Source of the DNA: Diplonema japonicum
Lineage: Eukaryota; Protista; Euglenozoa: Diplonemea
DNA length: 64,000 nucleotides
Direction: 5' to 3'
Assembly (NCBI GenBank): GCA_964019335.1
Contig: OZ025648.1
Span: forward strand, 868,001 to 932,000
Part shown: piece after piece, positions 13,356 through 23,872 of the stretch
Numbering within the stretch: the stretch's first letter is position 1
Layout of the letters: every line of letters begins with the position of its first letter
Program-made: the position numbers and the translations under genes
Notes under the pieces: model-generated
Told to the model about the DNA's origin: nothing
The model's database searches: none
Seen by the model: only the letters and a program-made list of their open reading frames with translations

Positions 13356-14606
13356 ATGGACCTCCGAGTTGGGTCGAAATTTCGGATAGGCAGAAGGATA
13401 GGAGGGGGATCGTTTGGTGAGATCTACCAAGGGACAAATATACAAACCTTAGAACCGGTGGCGATAAAATTGGAGCCTGTGAAAACAAGGCATCCGCAAC
13501 TGCTGTACGAAAGCAGGCTATACAAGCTGCTGCATCAAGGGCAGCAGGTGATAGGGATCCCGCAAGTTCGGTGGTACGGTGTAGAAGGCGATTTCAACGT
13601 AATGGTGGTGGACCTGTTGGGGCCCTCGCTGGAGGACTGTTTCAACTACTGTGGGAGGTCGCTTTCCACAAAAACCGTGTTGATGCTGGCAGACCAAATG
13701 ATTGCACGGGTGGAATTTTTGCACAACCGCAATTTCTTGCACAGGGACATCAAGCCCGACAACTTCTTAATGGGGCTTGGTAAGAAGTCGCACCACGTCT
13801 ACATGATCGACTTTGGTCTGGCAAAGAAATACCGCGACCCGAAAACCCACCAACACATCCCGTATAAGGACGGAAAGAACTTGACAGGTATATATATTCT
13901 CAGGGAAAAAAAAAAAAAAAAAAAAAAAAAAAAGGAACTGCCCGGTACGCATCAATCAACACGCACACCGGAATAGAACAGTCGAGACGGGACGACCTTG
14001 AGGCAGTGGGGTACATTGTGATGTACTTCCTTAGGGGGCAGCTTCCTTGGCAGGGGCTGAAGGCGCACACAAAGAAGCAGAAGGTAGGAGAACAAAAAAA
14101 AAAATCACAAATAGAAAAAAAAAAAAAAAAAAATCTCCGTAGTATGATCGCATCGCTGAAAAGAAGATGCAGACGTCAATTGCACAGCTGTGTGCGGGGT
14201 ACCCTCAGGAATTCTCCAATTATCTGGTATTTGAGGGAGGGAGGAGGGGGGGAAAAAATTGCAGAATTACGTGCGGTCCCTACGTTTTGACGACAAGCCT
14301 GACTATCCCGTGTTGAGGAGCAGGTTCAAGGAGCTGATGGCGAAGGAGGGCTGTGTCTGTGATTATGTGTTTGATTGGACCATAAAGCGGATACAGGAGT
14401 GTGTCTATGCTGATGAGTCGCAGCGGAGAGACGCAAGGAGAAGGGTATTTTTTTGGGGGAGAGGGAAAAAAAAAAAAAAAAAAAAAAAGTCCCCTGAATC
14501 CACCGTCAACGCCACTCAAGCATCTTCCGAAAAAGAAAAAGAGAAAGAGAAAGAAAAGCGTGAAAACGATAATGGGGTTGTCGTGCAGCCGGTCGGAGCT
14601 GAGTAG
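13356..14606 (+). CDS. CK1: casein kinase 1
   Basis: [36 protein letters not shown]; spliced [37 protein letters not shown]. Introns 13888-13934, 14084-14142, 14227-14264, 14445-14489. Confidence 0.97.
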
Positions 14607-14840
14607 TTTTTTTTCGGGGGGGGGGGGGTGGGGGTAAAGAGAAATTCTCTATCTCCGCCACCCCCTTTTTTTCTTTTTTCTTTTTTTTTTGGTGGACTTT
14701 CGTCTCCCAAAAAAAAAAGAAGGGGAGGAAGAAAAGAAAAAAAAAAAAAAAAAGCATGCTAATGGGGAATAGAATGAAGAAAAAATATTTTTCTTTTCCC
14801 GACGGGTCCAGAAAGCTTTTGACGCCTTCCCAGTTGTCAA

Positions 14841-14874
<34 letters not shown>

Positions 14875-15595
14875 TCCACTTCTGATCTGGAGGTCATGGT
14901 ACTTATAAAAAAGAATTGCATTTCTTTGGGTCATTTTCAACACAAAAAAGAAAATTATCAGAAAGAAGGAGGGGAGGAGGAGGGGGTGAAATTCAAAAAC
15001 TACGTATATGTATGGATATATGGTGGGGAGGGGGAGGTAGTTCTTTTAGTCTTCTTTTTTTTTTTTTTTTTCTTTTCTATTCAACGAGGAACTAGAGTCA
15101 CATGCAAAAAGGGAAAAAAAAAAAGAGAAAAAAAACAATCCCTCTCCTTTTTTTTTAAAATTTTTTATTTGCATATTGTCGCTAGCCAACAAAAGAAAGA
15201 AAACAGAAAAGGGAAAACAAACAAAAAAAAGGGGGGGAAATAGAGCAGGATACGAGGCAACAACAAAAAAAAAAAAAGAAAAAAAAACTAGACAACACTG
15301 AAAGAAGTGTTTTACTCCCTGCTCTCTATGTATTTTTTTTTTCTTTTTCCACATCTTGTGCGATTTCATGATGGGAGGGGGGAAAAAAAGAGGCATTATT
15401 TTTTTCTTCATTTCACCCCCCCCCCCCCCCCCTCTCTCTCTCTCCCTTTCCCTTCCATCTTTTTTTTATATTCACCCCGCAGCGCCCCATCCCATTTCTT
15501 CTTTCTTTTTTTTTGTTGTTATATGCTAACTCTTTTATCTTGTTGTCAAAAACACCCTTTGCTACAAAAAAGAAATAAAAAAAGGGGTGAAAAAC

Positions 15596-18500
15596 ATGTA
15601 CTGTGCAAGCGATATAGGAGGACGGTTGGATGTGGTTCTAAGCAGGCTAGCGGAAGCAGAAGGTGTCAAAAAACTAATATGTTCGAAATGCGGGTACACA
15701 GACAGCGACGTGAAAGAAATCGCAAACCTCCTGGAAACCAACAAACAACTAAGAATTCTAGACTTATCTGAGAACATGCTGTCAGATGAGGGAGGGTGCT
15801 GGCTGGCAGAAAAGTTGAAACGAAACAAAGGCCTCCGCCGCCTCGACTTATCAAGGAACAAATCAATCGGCGACGAAACAGCAAAACGTCTTACCGAAGC
15901 TGCGACAGTCAACGGGACCTTACAAGAGATCAACCTTTCAGGCACGCTCTCATCATCTCAAAACCGTTTCATTCTTCAGCGCACTAGCGAGTTAAACACC
16001 TTCCCTGCCAGACTGAAACGGTACATCACACTTCTCGAAGACGCAGAGTCAAGCGAGCATATCTCAATACACTTAGAATACGATATGCTTGACCCGATGG
16101 TATTTACCGAGAAGGCTGTCGTCCGTCTGGCCGAAGCGATTTCAATGACCAAATTGAAAATCGAAGAATTTGAAGCGGTGAAGTGTTTATCAAGAGTGCA
16201 GCATCTGGGGGTTTTGATAGACGCCTTGCAAGCAACTGTTTGGTTGAAACGCCTTTCGTTGGTTTCAATGAATATCGTAGACGTCACTCAAATCGCACTC
16301 CTCGTTGAAAAATCCGAAAGCCTCGAAACGCTCGATCTCACCGACAACGAGATCCCAAACGCCGGCGCGGAGATTCTTGTAAAATCCGCACAGGAATCCG
16401 ACAGGATCCGAAAAATCATCTTGAAAAAAAACTGCGTCTCGCCAGCATGGTTGTCGCGTGTCTATGCAGCTACTTCATTAAATAGATACCCACCTGGGTT
16501 GAAACGGGTTCTCCCGAAAATCCTAGATAACGACCCAACACTTACATCCCTCGATCTGCCGGGGTCAGAAACGTCAGGGCGTGAAGCAGGTCGGGGCTAC
16601 TTTGACAATTTAGCCGCTGTCATAGCTGCGGAGGCGTTGCAACGTAACACTCACATTACGTCAATAGACTTTTCCAACAACCACATAGGGCCGGAAGGGT
16701 GCCATCCCATTGCAGATATCATCGAAGCAACATCGTGCGTCACCTCTATCGACGTTTCGCGCAACGATTTGCAAGAATCAGGCGCGTCGCGTATCCTCCA
16801 AGCCGTTCTGAAAAGCAACGTCGTTACAATGGTAGACCTGACGAACTGTCCAGGAATCTCTGCAAAAATGCTGGAGAACATCTCACAAGCTTGTTTGTTG
16901 AACAGACTTCCTTTGAAGCTGAAAAAACTCGTTTCAAAGCTGTCCATCACAAGCTCGCAGTACGACCGGTCGATATCCCGGCTGGACTTCGATTCGGAGG
17001 AAAAGCCTTTATCAGACGAAGGCGCTGCAATGCTGTGCAGTGTATTGAAAGGAAACGCTTCTGTCGAAGTGCTGAACATCTCGAAGAACAAGATCGGAGA
17101 CCAAGGCGCAGGATGCGTCGCAAAACTGATGCAAGAAAACGACAAGATTAGAACATTGAAGCTCAACGACAACCACATCACACACGACGGTGCGAGCCTC
17201 CTCTTAAGAGCGCTGCGGCACAACAACACTGTGACAGACTTAGATCTGGACGGCAACAAATGCATTCCGTATGATCTCCGCGATGAGATCGATGTGGCCA
17301 TCGATTTGAACAGTTTGGAACCTTCTTTGAAGGAGACCATCACCAGGCTGTCTTCCTCCGACAGGGCGTTAACCATCGTGGACTTAACCCATCTGACCGA
17401 TAAAAACAAACTCACCGATGAGCTGCTTCGTACTTTATCTGACATTCTGATCGGAAACCGGCAGATCACCTCCGTGCTCCTCGACGGGAACCTCATCACT
17501 GATATCGGTGTTGGGTATTTATCACGTTGGCTTTGTGCAGCCGAAGGCGGTCTCACAAAGCTCTCCATTTCCAATAACAATTTGGGCCCCGAGTCCGGAT
17601 CTATGTTGAGGGAAGCCTTGCTCGCACCGGAGAGCCCGGTTGTAACGGAACTTGACTTAAGCGGGAACAACCTGCAAGCAACAGGCGGCAAAGCTATCTG
17701 CAGTTTGGTGAGAGAAAAAGATTCTTTGATCCATGTGAACATCTCAAACAACAAAACCCCAGAGGCCACAGTCAACTTGGTACGATACGGCACGACACTC
17801 AACAAACAAAAGCCGGATTTGAAGCGCAAGGTGCTGGACATGTTAGACAACGACCCAACTGTGGGCGAGGTGGATATAAGTGGTATTTCAGACCCAAGCC
17901 TGCATGAAGCAGTGGTGGCTGGGCTGAAGGCCTCGAGCCACGTTGTGAAACTAATTGCAACACGGTGCAACCTGAACGCGTCTCAGTTAGAACAGTACCA
18001 CACAGGAGTGGAGTCACATCCTTCTTTGACAGTCCTCGACATTCGAGAGAATGAACTACTTACCGATGCGGACGTGGAGGGTCTTGCTCAGATCATTGAA
18101 GTCACGAACTCGTCGCTTCGAGAGGTCTATGTGGACGGCCCGACGATCTCTGACAAAATGCCGCGCCGTCTTCACCTCGCCACACGGATCGCGTCGCTCC
18201 CTAGCATAGTCTCTGAGGCGCTTCTCAGCGCTCGTTCTGACGAATCTGGGATGGTCAACTTGAATTTCCCATTTGTCGCAGAGTGCGACGGTGACACCGT
18301 CTGCTCCTTGCTGGACTACTGCCTCGACGGCAATACACATGTCAAGTGTGTCGATCTATCGGGTGTTGGCGTCACCGATACAGGGGCTGGTCTTCTTGCA
18401 GACATACTTCGCAAGTCTCACGTCCTCGAAGGCATTCACGTCAGGGAAAACCCCATCAGCGTGATGGGCCTTCAAGAGATCGTGAAAGGTGTCTGGGAAA

Positions 18501-18997
18501 GCTCCACTGTAAAAGAGATCTTAATAGATGGAATCGATGGTTTAAGCGGGAAGCTGGAAGGGTCCGACGACGGGATGCTAGCGGAGGCCTTAAGAGGGCG
18601 GCTGAAAACGAAGCTGGAAGAGAATCAACGTAATTTTTTGAAACCGAGGATCACACCTGAGTTCAGGAACGAGAGGGTTGCAACGAACCCGCTCACGGAG
18701 TACAGAACAAAAGCGTATCTTGAACGGGCTCAGAACAAGATAATGAACGATGCACTGCGGGGATACGTTCCTTACAGCAAGCCTATCCCTAAGCCGATAT
18801 CTGTTAGCACAGCCGCTCCCTCTCCAAAGAACATTGGCTCTCCTGCTTCCAACCTTGGCTCTCCTGCTGCCAACCTTGGCAGCCCGAACCCTTCCAAGCT
18901 GAAGGGATCGTACCGCAATGCCGGAAGCTTCAACCGCGCGGTTTCCTTTGGCGATACACAAAGTGTGAAATCGAAGCAGAGTGCAAGATTCTCTTAG
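15596..18997 (+). CDS. large ribonuclease-inhibitor-like leucine-rich repeat protein (intronless)
   Basis: Many LxxLxLxxNxIxDxGa repeats arranged in larger modules linked by LN..P..LK.....I..NDPT. Confidence 0.9.
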   Translation: MYCASDIGGRLDVVLSRLAEAEGVKKLICSKCGYTDSDVKEIANLLETNKQLRILDLSENMLSDEGGCWLAEKLKRNKGLRRLDLSRNKSIGDETAKRLTEAATVNGTLQEINLSGTLSSSQNRFILQRTSELNTFPARLKRYITLLEDAESSEHISIHLEYDMLDPMVFTEKAVVRLAEAISMTKLKIEEFEAVKCLSRVQHLGVLIDALQATVWLKRLSLVSMNIVDVTQIALLVEKSESLETLDLTDNEIPNAGAEILVKSAQESDRIRKIILKKNCVSPAWLSRVYAATSLNRYPPGLKRVLPKILDNDPTLTSLDLPGSETSGREAGRGYFDNLAAVIAAEALQRNTHITSIDFSNNHIGPEGCHPIADIIEATSCVTSIDVSRNDLQESGASRILQAVLKSNVVTMVDLTNCPGISAKMLENISQACLLNRLPLKLKKLVSKLSITSSQYDRSISRLDFDSEEKPLSDEGAAMLCSVLKGNASVEVLNISKNKIGDQGAGCVAKLMQENDKIRTLKLNDNHITHDGASLLLRALRHNNTVTDLDLDGNKCIPYDLRDEIDVAIDLNSLEPSLKETITRLSSSDRALTIVDLTHLTDKNKLTDELLRTLSDILIGNRQITSVLLDGNLITDIGVGYLSRWLCAAEGGLTKLSISNNNLGPESGSMLREALLAPESPVVTELDLSGNNLQATGGKAICSLVREKDSLIHVNISNNKTPEATVNLVRYGTTLNKQKPDLKRKVLDMLDNDPTVGEVDISGISDPSLHEAVVAGLKASSHVVKLIATRCNLNASQLEQYHTGVESHPSLTVLDIRENELLTDADVEGLAQIIEVTNSSLREVYVDGPTISDKMPRRLHLATRIASLPSIVSEALLSARSDESGMVNLNFPFVAECDGDTVCSLLDYCLDGNTHVKCVDLSGVGVTDTGAGLLADILRKSHVLEGIHVRENPISVMGLQEIVKGVWESSTVKEILIDGIDGLSGKLEGSDDGMLAEALRGRLKTKLEENQRNFLKPRITPEFRNERVATNPLTEYRTKAYLERAQNKIMNDALRGYVPYSKPIPKPISVSTAAPSPKNIGSPASNLGSPAANLGSPNPSKLKGSYRNAGSFNRAVSFGDTQSVKSKQSARFS

Positions 18998-19087
18998 AGA
19001 TCTCATTTACATGGGACCATATTTTTTTTTTTCTCTTTTTTTGACGGGTTTTTAACGCTTCTAAATACCCCTCACAGGGCTGTCCCC

Positions 19088-21877
19088 ATGTCAGGGAAAA
19101 ATGCCGGTAGGCCACCTTCATATAAATTAGAAGCGCAGTTGGATGATCAAGTATGGGAGGACAGGAGAAAGAGCCAGCAGTCAGTAGAACCAGAGGGGCC
19201 ACCACGGGAAGAAGATTCGGGAGAGGAATATGACGATCTCCTTACGGATCGGAGGAAGAAGAACAACAAGAGGGACACGAGAAGGTTGACCATCCAGTTG
19301 AAAAAGAAACTGTGCATCACGAAGGAAGAGGTGCCGTCTTTCTGGGCAGAGAAGGAGGCGGCAGCGGTGAAGAACGGCGGCAAGCTGCGTCCAAGGTTTT
19401 CGACCGACCCCCACATCCACACGTTTACAAAGGACGAGCTGACTTCGATGGCGAAACACAACGAGAGCATCGACTCCCGCCACCCCCACAGCCTAGCATA
19501 CCGAAAATTCTTGTCCGAACGAAGCCCTGTCAAACCCTTTGCTAAATGGATGATATTCATAATAATAGGCATAACGATAGGTCTAATCGGGTTCCTCATG
19601 TTTCAGTGCATAGGGTACCTCTCCCAACACCGCCGAGACCTACTCACGTCTATCTACCGCAGCGCTCGCCGTGACGGCACTGTGGAACATTATTTCGCAG
19701 CGTACGCTGCATGGGTTGGAACGGGGGTCGCGCTTGCTTTCATCTCAATGTTGTTGGTAAAATGGTGCCCCCCTGCGGGTGGGAGCGGAGTAACCGACGT
19801 GATGGCGTACCTGAACGGCGTCTTTTTCAGGAAAGTGTTCAATATTAAAACATTGCTCGCAAAGTCGATCTCGTGTATATCTGCGGTCTCGTCTGGGCTC
19901 CCTGTCGGCCCCGAAGGCCCCATGATCCACATCGGCGCGATAGTAGGCGCGGGGATAGGAAGCGGGCGGTCGAAAACCCTGAAATTCAGTTTCAACAAAC
20001 TGTTTTCGCACATCAGAAACCCGAGAGACCACCGGGATTGCATTACAGCCGGCGCGGCAGCAGGAGTGGCAGTTGCGTTCGGCGCACCAATTGGAGGGCT
20101 TCTGTTCGTGATGGAAGAGGTCGCAACGCACTGGCATGCTCAGCTAACCCCTTTGATCTTCATGTGTTCGCTCGTCGCGGCATTCACATACGGCCTGCTT
20201 GCATCGCAGTACGACGGGTGGGAGCTTCGGCATGAAACAGCCTTTGGAGGGCTGATCGACGAGGCGACTATTTTGTTCAACTCCTACTCAGACAGGCATA
20301 TGTACTCACGAGACATTGTCGAATCGTCCATTATTGGTGCTGTGACAGGTGCCTTGGCAGTTTTGTTCACAAAGTTGAACATGTACTTTGCAGAGAAACG
20401 ACTTCGGTACGAGCCTGCTTTTAAGATGGTGGAACCGGTTTTGGTTTTGATCATTTATCTGAGCATTTGTTTCGCGTGTCCTGGGTTTCTGCCGTGTACT
20501 GATCTTCCTGAGCCGGATAATTCTACGATATCAGATGAGAACGGGACAGCGCAGTATGAAGAGATCGAGAGGTTGTACCTTACCTCGCCGTGTCATGAAA
20601 ATGATAAGTTCAGCAGTGCGGCTTCGCTATTCTGGAATCCGGGTGAGAGTGTGATAAAACTGTTGTTTCGAAAGCACTCCCCGTTTGACATCCCTACCAT
20701 GGCGTTCTTTCTTGTCGTGTACTTCTCTTTCTCGTGTTACTGTTGCGGGATGCAAATATCCAGCGGGATCGTGATCCCCATGCTTGTCACGGGGGGCACC
20801 GTGGGGCGGCTTTTTGGCCGTTTTATCCACAACGTTATCGACAGCACGCAGCATGAGGGCGTGTACGCTATAATAGGTGCCGCGGGGTACTTTGCAGGGG
20901 TGTCGCGGCTCACGGTGAGCTTGGCGGTCATCATGATCGAGTTGACGAATGAGAAACGGATTTTACTGCCGATCATGTGCAGCGTGATGGTCGCAAAGAT
21001 GGTCGGGGACAGGTTCTCACACTCGCTGTACCACGCTTTGTTGCAGGTATTTGTTGTGGTGGGGCAAAAAAAAAAAAAAAAAAAGCTCCGGGCAGTCCCA
21101 TTCTTAGATGTGAACGAGATGGAGGGAATGCACAACAGACATGGTGCATGTTTTCGTATGTAATTTTGAAAAAAAAAAAAAAAAATCACATTTTTAGGAG
21201 CGATGGATATCTGTAAGAAACAAATAGTGGTGCTGAAGGCGAGCGAGACGATTGAGAGCTTGCAGTCGGCTCTGCTGGCCTGCCCGCATCAGGGCTTCCC
21301 CGTGGTGGATGATGAAAACAGATTTTTGGGGATGATAACAAGACAGCAGCTGCACCCGTTAGTTTGGAACCTCCAAGAGGGGATCCGGACAGGAGAGATG
21401 CAAGAGGCTACATGGAGCAGACTAGCCTTGATAGAAGAGGAGCGGTTTGTGAATAACGATCTTGTGTGCGACACTGATAGCTGCGAGCTAGAGACGTTTC
21501 GCAACACCGATATTGATCTTCTTGAACACACCGACACGTCTGCCCTTACTGTTCATGGTTCTGTCAGTGCAACGGTGGCCCAGCAGCTCTTCACCTCAAT
21601 GGGCTTGCGGCACTTGCCTGTCATCAACGAGAAGGGTATCATCATGGGGATGATTACGCGGAAGGATTTACTCGCTTGTAGACTTGAGAAATCCATGTTG
21701 AAATCTTTGCTGAAAGTCGATCAAGATTTCCCCGCAGAAACTGCCTTGCATCTCGACTCCGATGTAGAAGACTGGGAAGTGTTTGAGTGGGTATGCCGGA
21801 GGAAAAAAAAAAGAAAAAGAAAAAAAAAAAAAACACACACACACACACAACAGAAAGAAAAAGAATCTTTCATTTAG
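19088..21877 (+). CDS. CLC family Cl-/H+ antiporter (CLC-6/7-like) with CBS pair
   Basis: GSGVTD, GPEGPMIH (gating Glu kept), FGAPIGGLLFVMEE, SLY; CBS motifs HQGFPVVD and GLRHLPV...GMITRKDL. Introns 21047-21085, 21156-21197, 21791-21853. Confidence 0.93.
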
Positions 21878-22322
21878 GTTGGAGATATCCCCCTTTTTTT
21901 TTGTGCTTATTTTCCTTAATAATGCGAATGGAAAAAAAAAAAGTGGGAGGGGAGGGAGGGGTGTGTGCTTCGATCAACAAGAAAGAAAAAGAGAATAAAA
22001 AAGGGGGGGGGGAACGTGGGGAAATGTGCGTTTTTGTATACGTTATGTATAACGTTAACAACAAAAAATTGGGTGGGGGGGGGGAGAACCTCTCCCATAA
22101 AACTTTACCACAGGCCTTATTCACGAGCTTTTTTTTATAAAAAAAAAAAATGAAAAGTTATTGTGGTTTTCTGTTCCTTTTTTCTTCTTCTTCTTTTTTT
22201 TTTTTTCTTTTTTTTTTTTCGCTCTTGCAGTACATAAAATTACGATTGTTTCTTTACCAACGATTCTAAAGCTACAGTTTCTGTACTTTATTGGTGGTGG
22301 GGATAACATGGAAATATAAGAA

Positions 22323-22594
22323 GTACATCAGATGTGTTGTTCGCTGTTGACCTCCCCGAGTGGAAGAACGTAACGCAGATGCTCAGGGTGACGAACAGGC
22401 AGCAAACTGCACGAGCGCAGAATCTTGGTTACCCGGGACGCCCCGGCTAGGGTTGAGCACACCGCACGCATTAAGGACACGACGCGGAACGCAGAAGAAG
22501 CTACTGCTCGGCAGAGGAGCGCCCCCTGTAATCAAGTAGGTAGTTCGTGCTTCATTGCACTTAACGCCACCTAGTGTTGCAATCAAAGCCCCAT
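22323..22594 (+). repeat. interspersed repeat family C, copy 1 (retroposon-like 3' end with T tail)
   Basis: Shares GTACATCAGATGTGTTGTTCGCTGTT, CACACCGCACGCAT, AACGCAGAAGAAGCTAC and CAATCAAAGC..CATTT with 22937-23195. Confidence 0.8.
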
Positions 22595-22901
22595 TTCTTT
22601 TTTTTTTTTTTTTTTCTTCTTTAACTTCTCAGCCAGCAGCCCTTTGCGCAACAGTATGGTGCGCAACTCTTCTCTATTTGTCCTGCACTGATCCCTTTAG
22701 GCAAAAGCCGAGGACAACACTCTTTGATAATACAGGGGGCCCTCCTTTTCTTTTTTCTCCTTTCTTTCCTCTTCTCTTCCCACTCACTGCTCGATGAATA
22801 GACATGGGGTAGAGAGAAAGAGAGCGGAAAAAAGAAGAAAGAATAGGAGAGGAGAAAAGGACATCCGTGATGTGTCAAAAAAAAAGAAAAAAAAGGAAAA
22901 C

Positions 22902-22933
<32 letters not shown>

Positions 22934-22936
22934 CTG

Positions 22937-23195
22937 GTACATCAGATGTGTTGTTCGCTGTTTGACCTCCTCGTCGGTCATCACCGGTAGCGCCCGAGTA
23001 GAAGGGAACGTATTACAGATACTCTGACGAACTGTTCGAGTCTAGAACCTTGATTGCCCGGGGGGGTTGAGTTGCACACCGCACGCATATAAAACGCAGA
23101 AGAAGCTACGGCTCGGCCGAGGTGCGCCCCCCCTTCTTGCTACGTTTCACACTCAACGCTAACTAGCGTTTTGTTGGATTCAATCAAAGCTGCAT
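22937..23195 (+). repeat. interspersed repeat family C, copy 2
   Basis: Colinear diverged copy of 22323-22594, flanked on both sides by T-tracts. Confidence 0.8.
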
Positions 23196-23227
23196 TTTTT
23201 TTTTTTTTTTTTTGTTTTGTTTTTGTT

Positions 23228-23710
23228 CTGAGTGCCCTGAAATGGGCCAAGGATGGAGGGCAAGTGTCCAAGGCGGAGCTTGCTGTCGACTTCATAGCAA
23301 CGGAGAGAATCCACATGGGTGGTGAAGACCTGGCATGCTAGGCTAGGAAAATCGGAAGAATCCTCAACGTCCTGGACAGGGCACACAGAACAGGAACTGG
23401 GAACCTGATTCCAGCAGAAACTAAGAAGTCAGTACACTCACTGCGTACCCTGGGGCTCCACAGCCATTCCATCATTGGATACTCCACTCGTCCAGTCTTC
23501 GCGTCCCCGAAGGCAACCCACCCGATCCTAGAGGAGCAACTGCGAACGCATTGCATCCTCAACAACTCGCTAGTTGGTTTCACGCCCAAGCTGCTGATGA
23601 GATACTACGACGGGCATAAGGCACTACCACGACAGAAGGGATCAAACACTAGATGAGTTGATTGTCGTTAGGCAATCCTGTCACATACTGCAGGTTCCCT
23701 TCAAAGACAT
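23228..23710 (+). mobile_element. 5'-truncated non-LTR retroelement-like fragment, family B (ORF C-terminus plus 3' UTR)
   Basis: Reads LKWAKDGGQVSKAELAVDFIATE...*...SLRTLG...IGYSTRPVF with one stop, homologous to the LRWYDG...VTTMELAIDY frame at ~45090-45180. Its last 42 nt recur at 51502 and 59029. Confidence 0.65.
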
Positions 23711-23872
23711 CTTTTTTGTTTTGTTTGTTTCCTTATTTCTTATTTCATGATTCGCGTGTACAACCCTTTTTTTTTTTTTTTTTTTTTTTGATTCTAAAAA
23801 CTACGAGTTTTATTCAGTTTTTTTTTTCCCCCCTCTTCTACCAATCAAAAAAAAAGAGGGAAGGGGGAAAAA

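Noticed and set aside
22323-23195. CRISPR-like array or protein-coding duplication
   Set aside because: Only two long diverged copies, no regular repeat-spacer structure, and no conserved reading frame.
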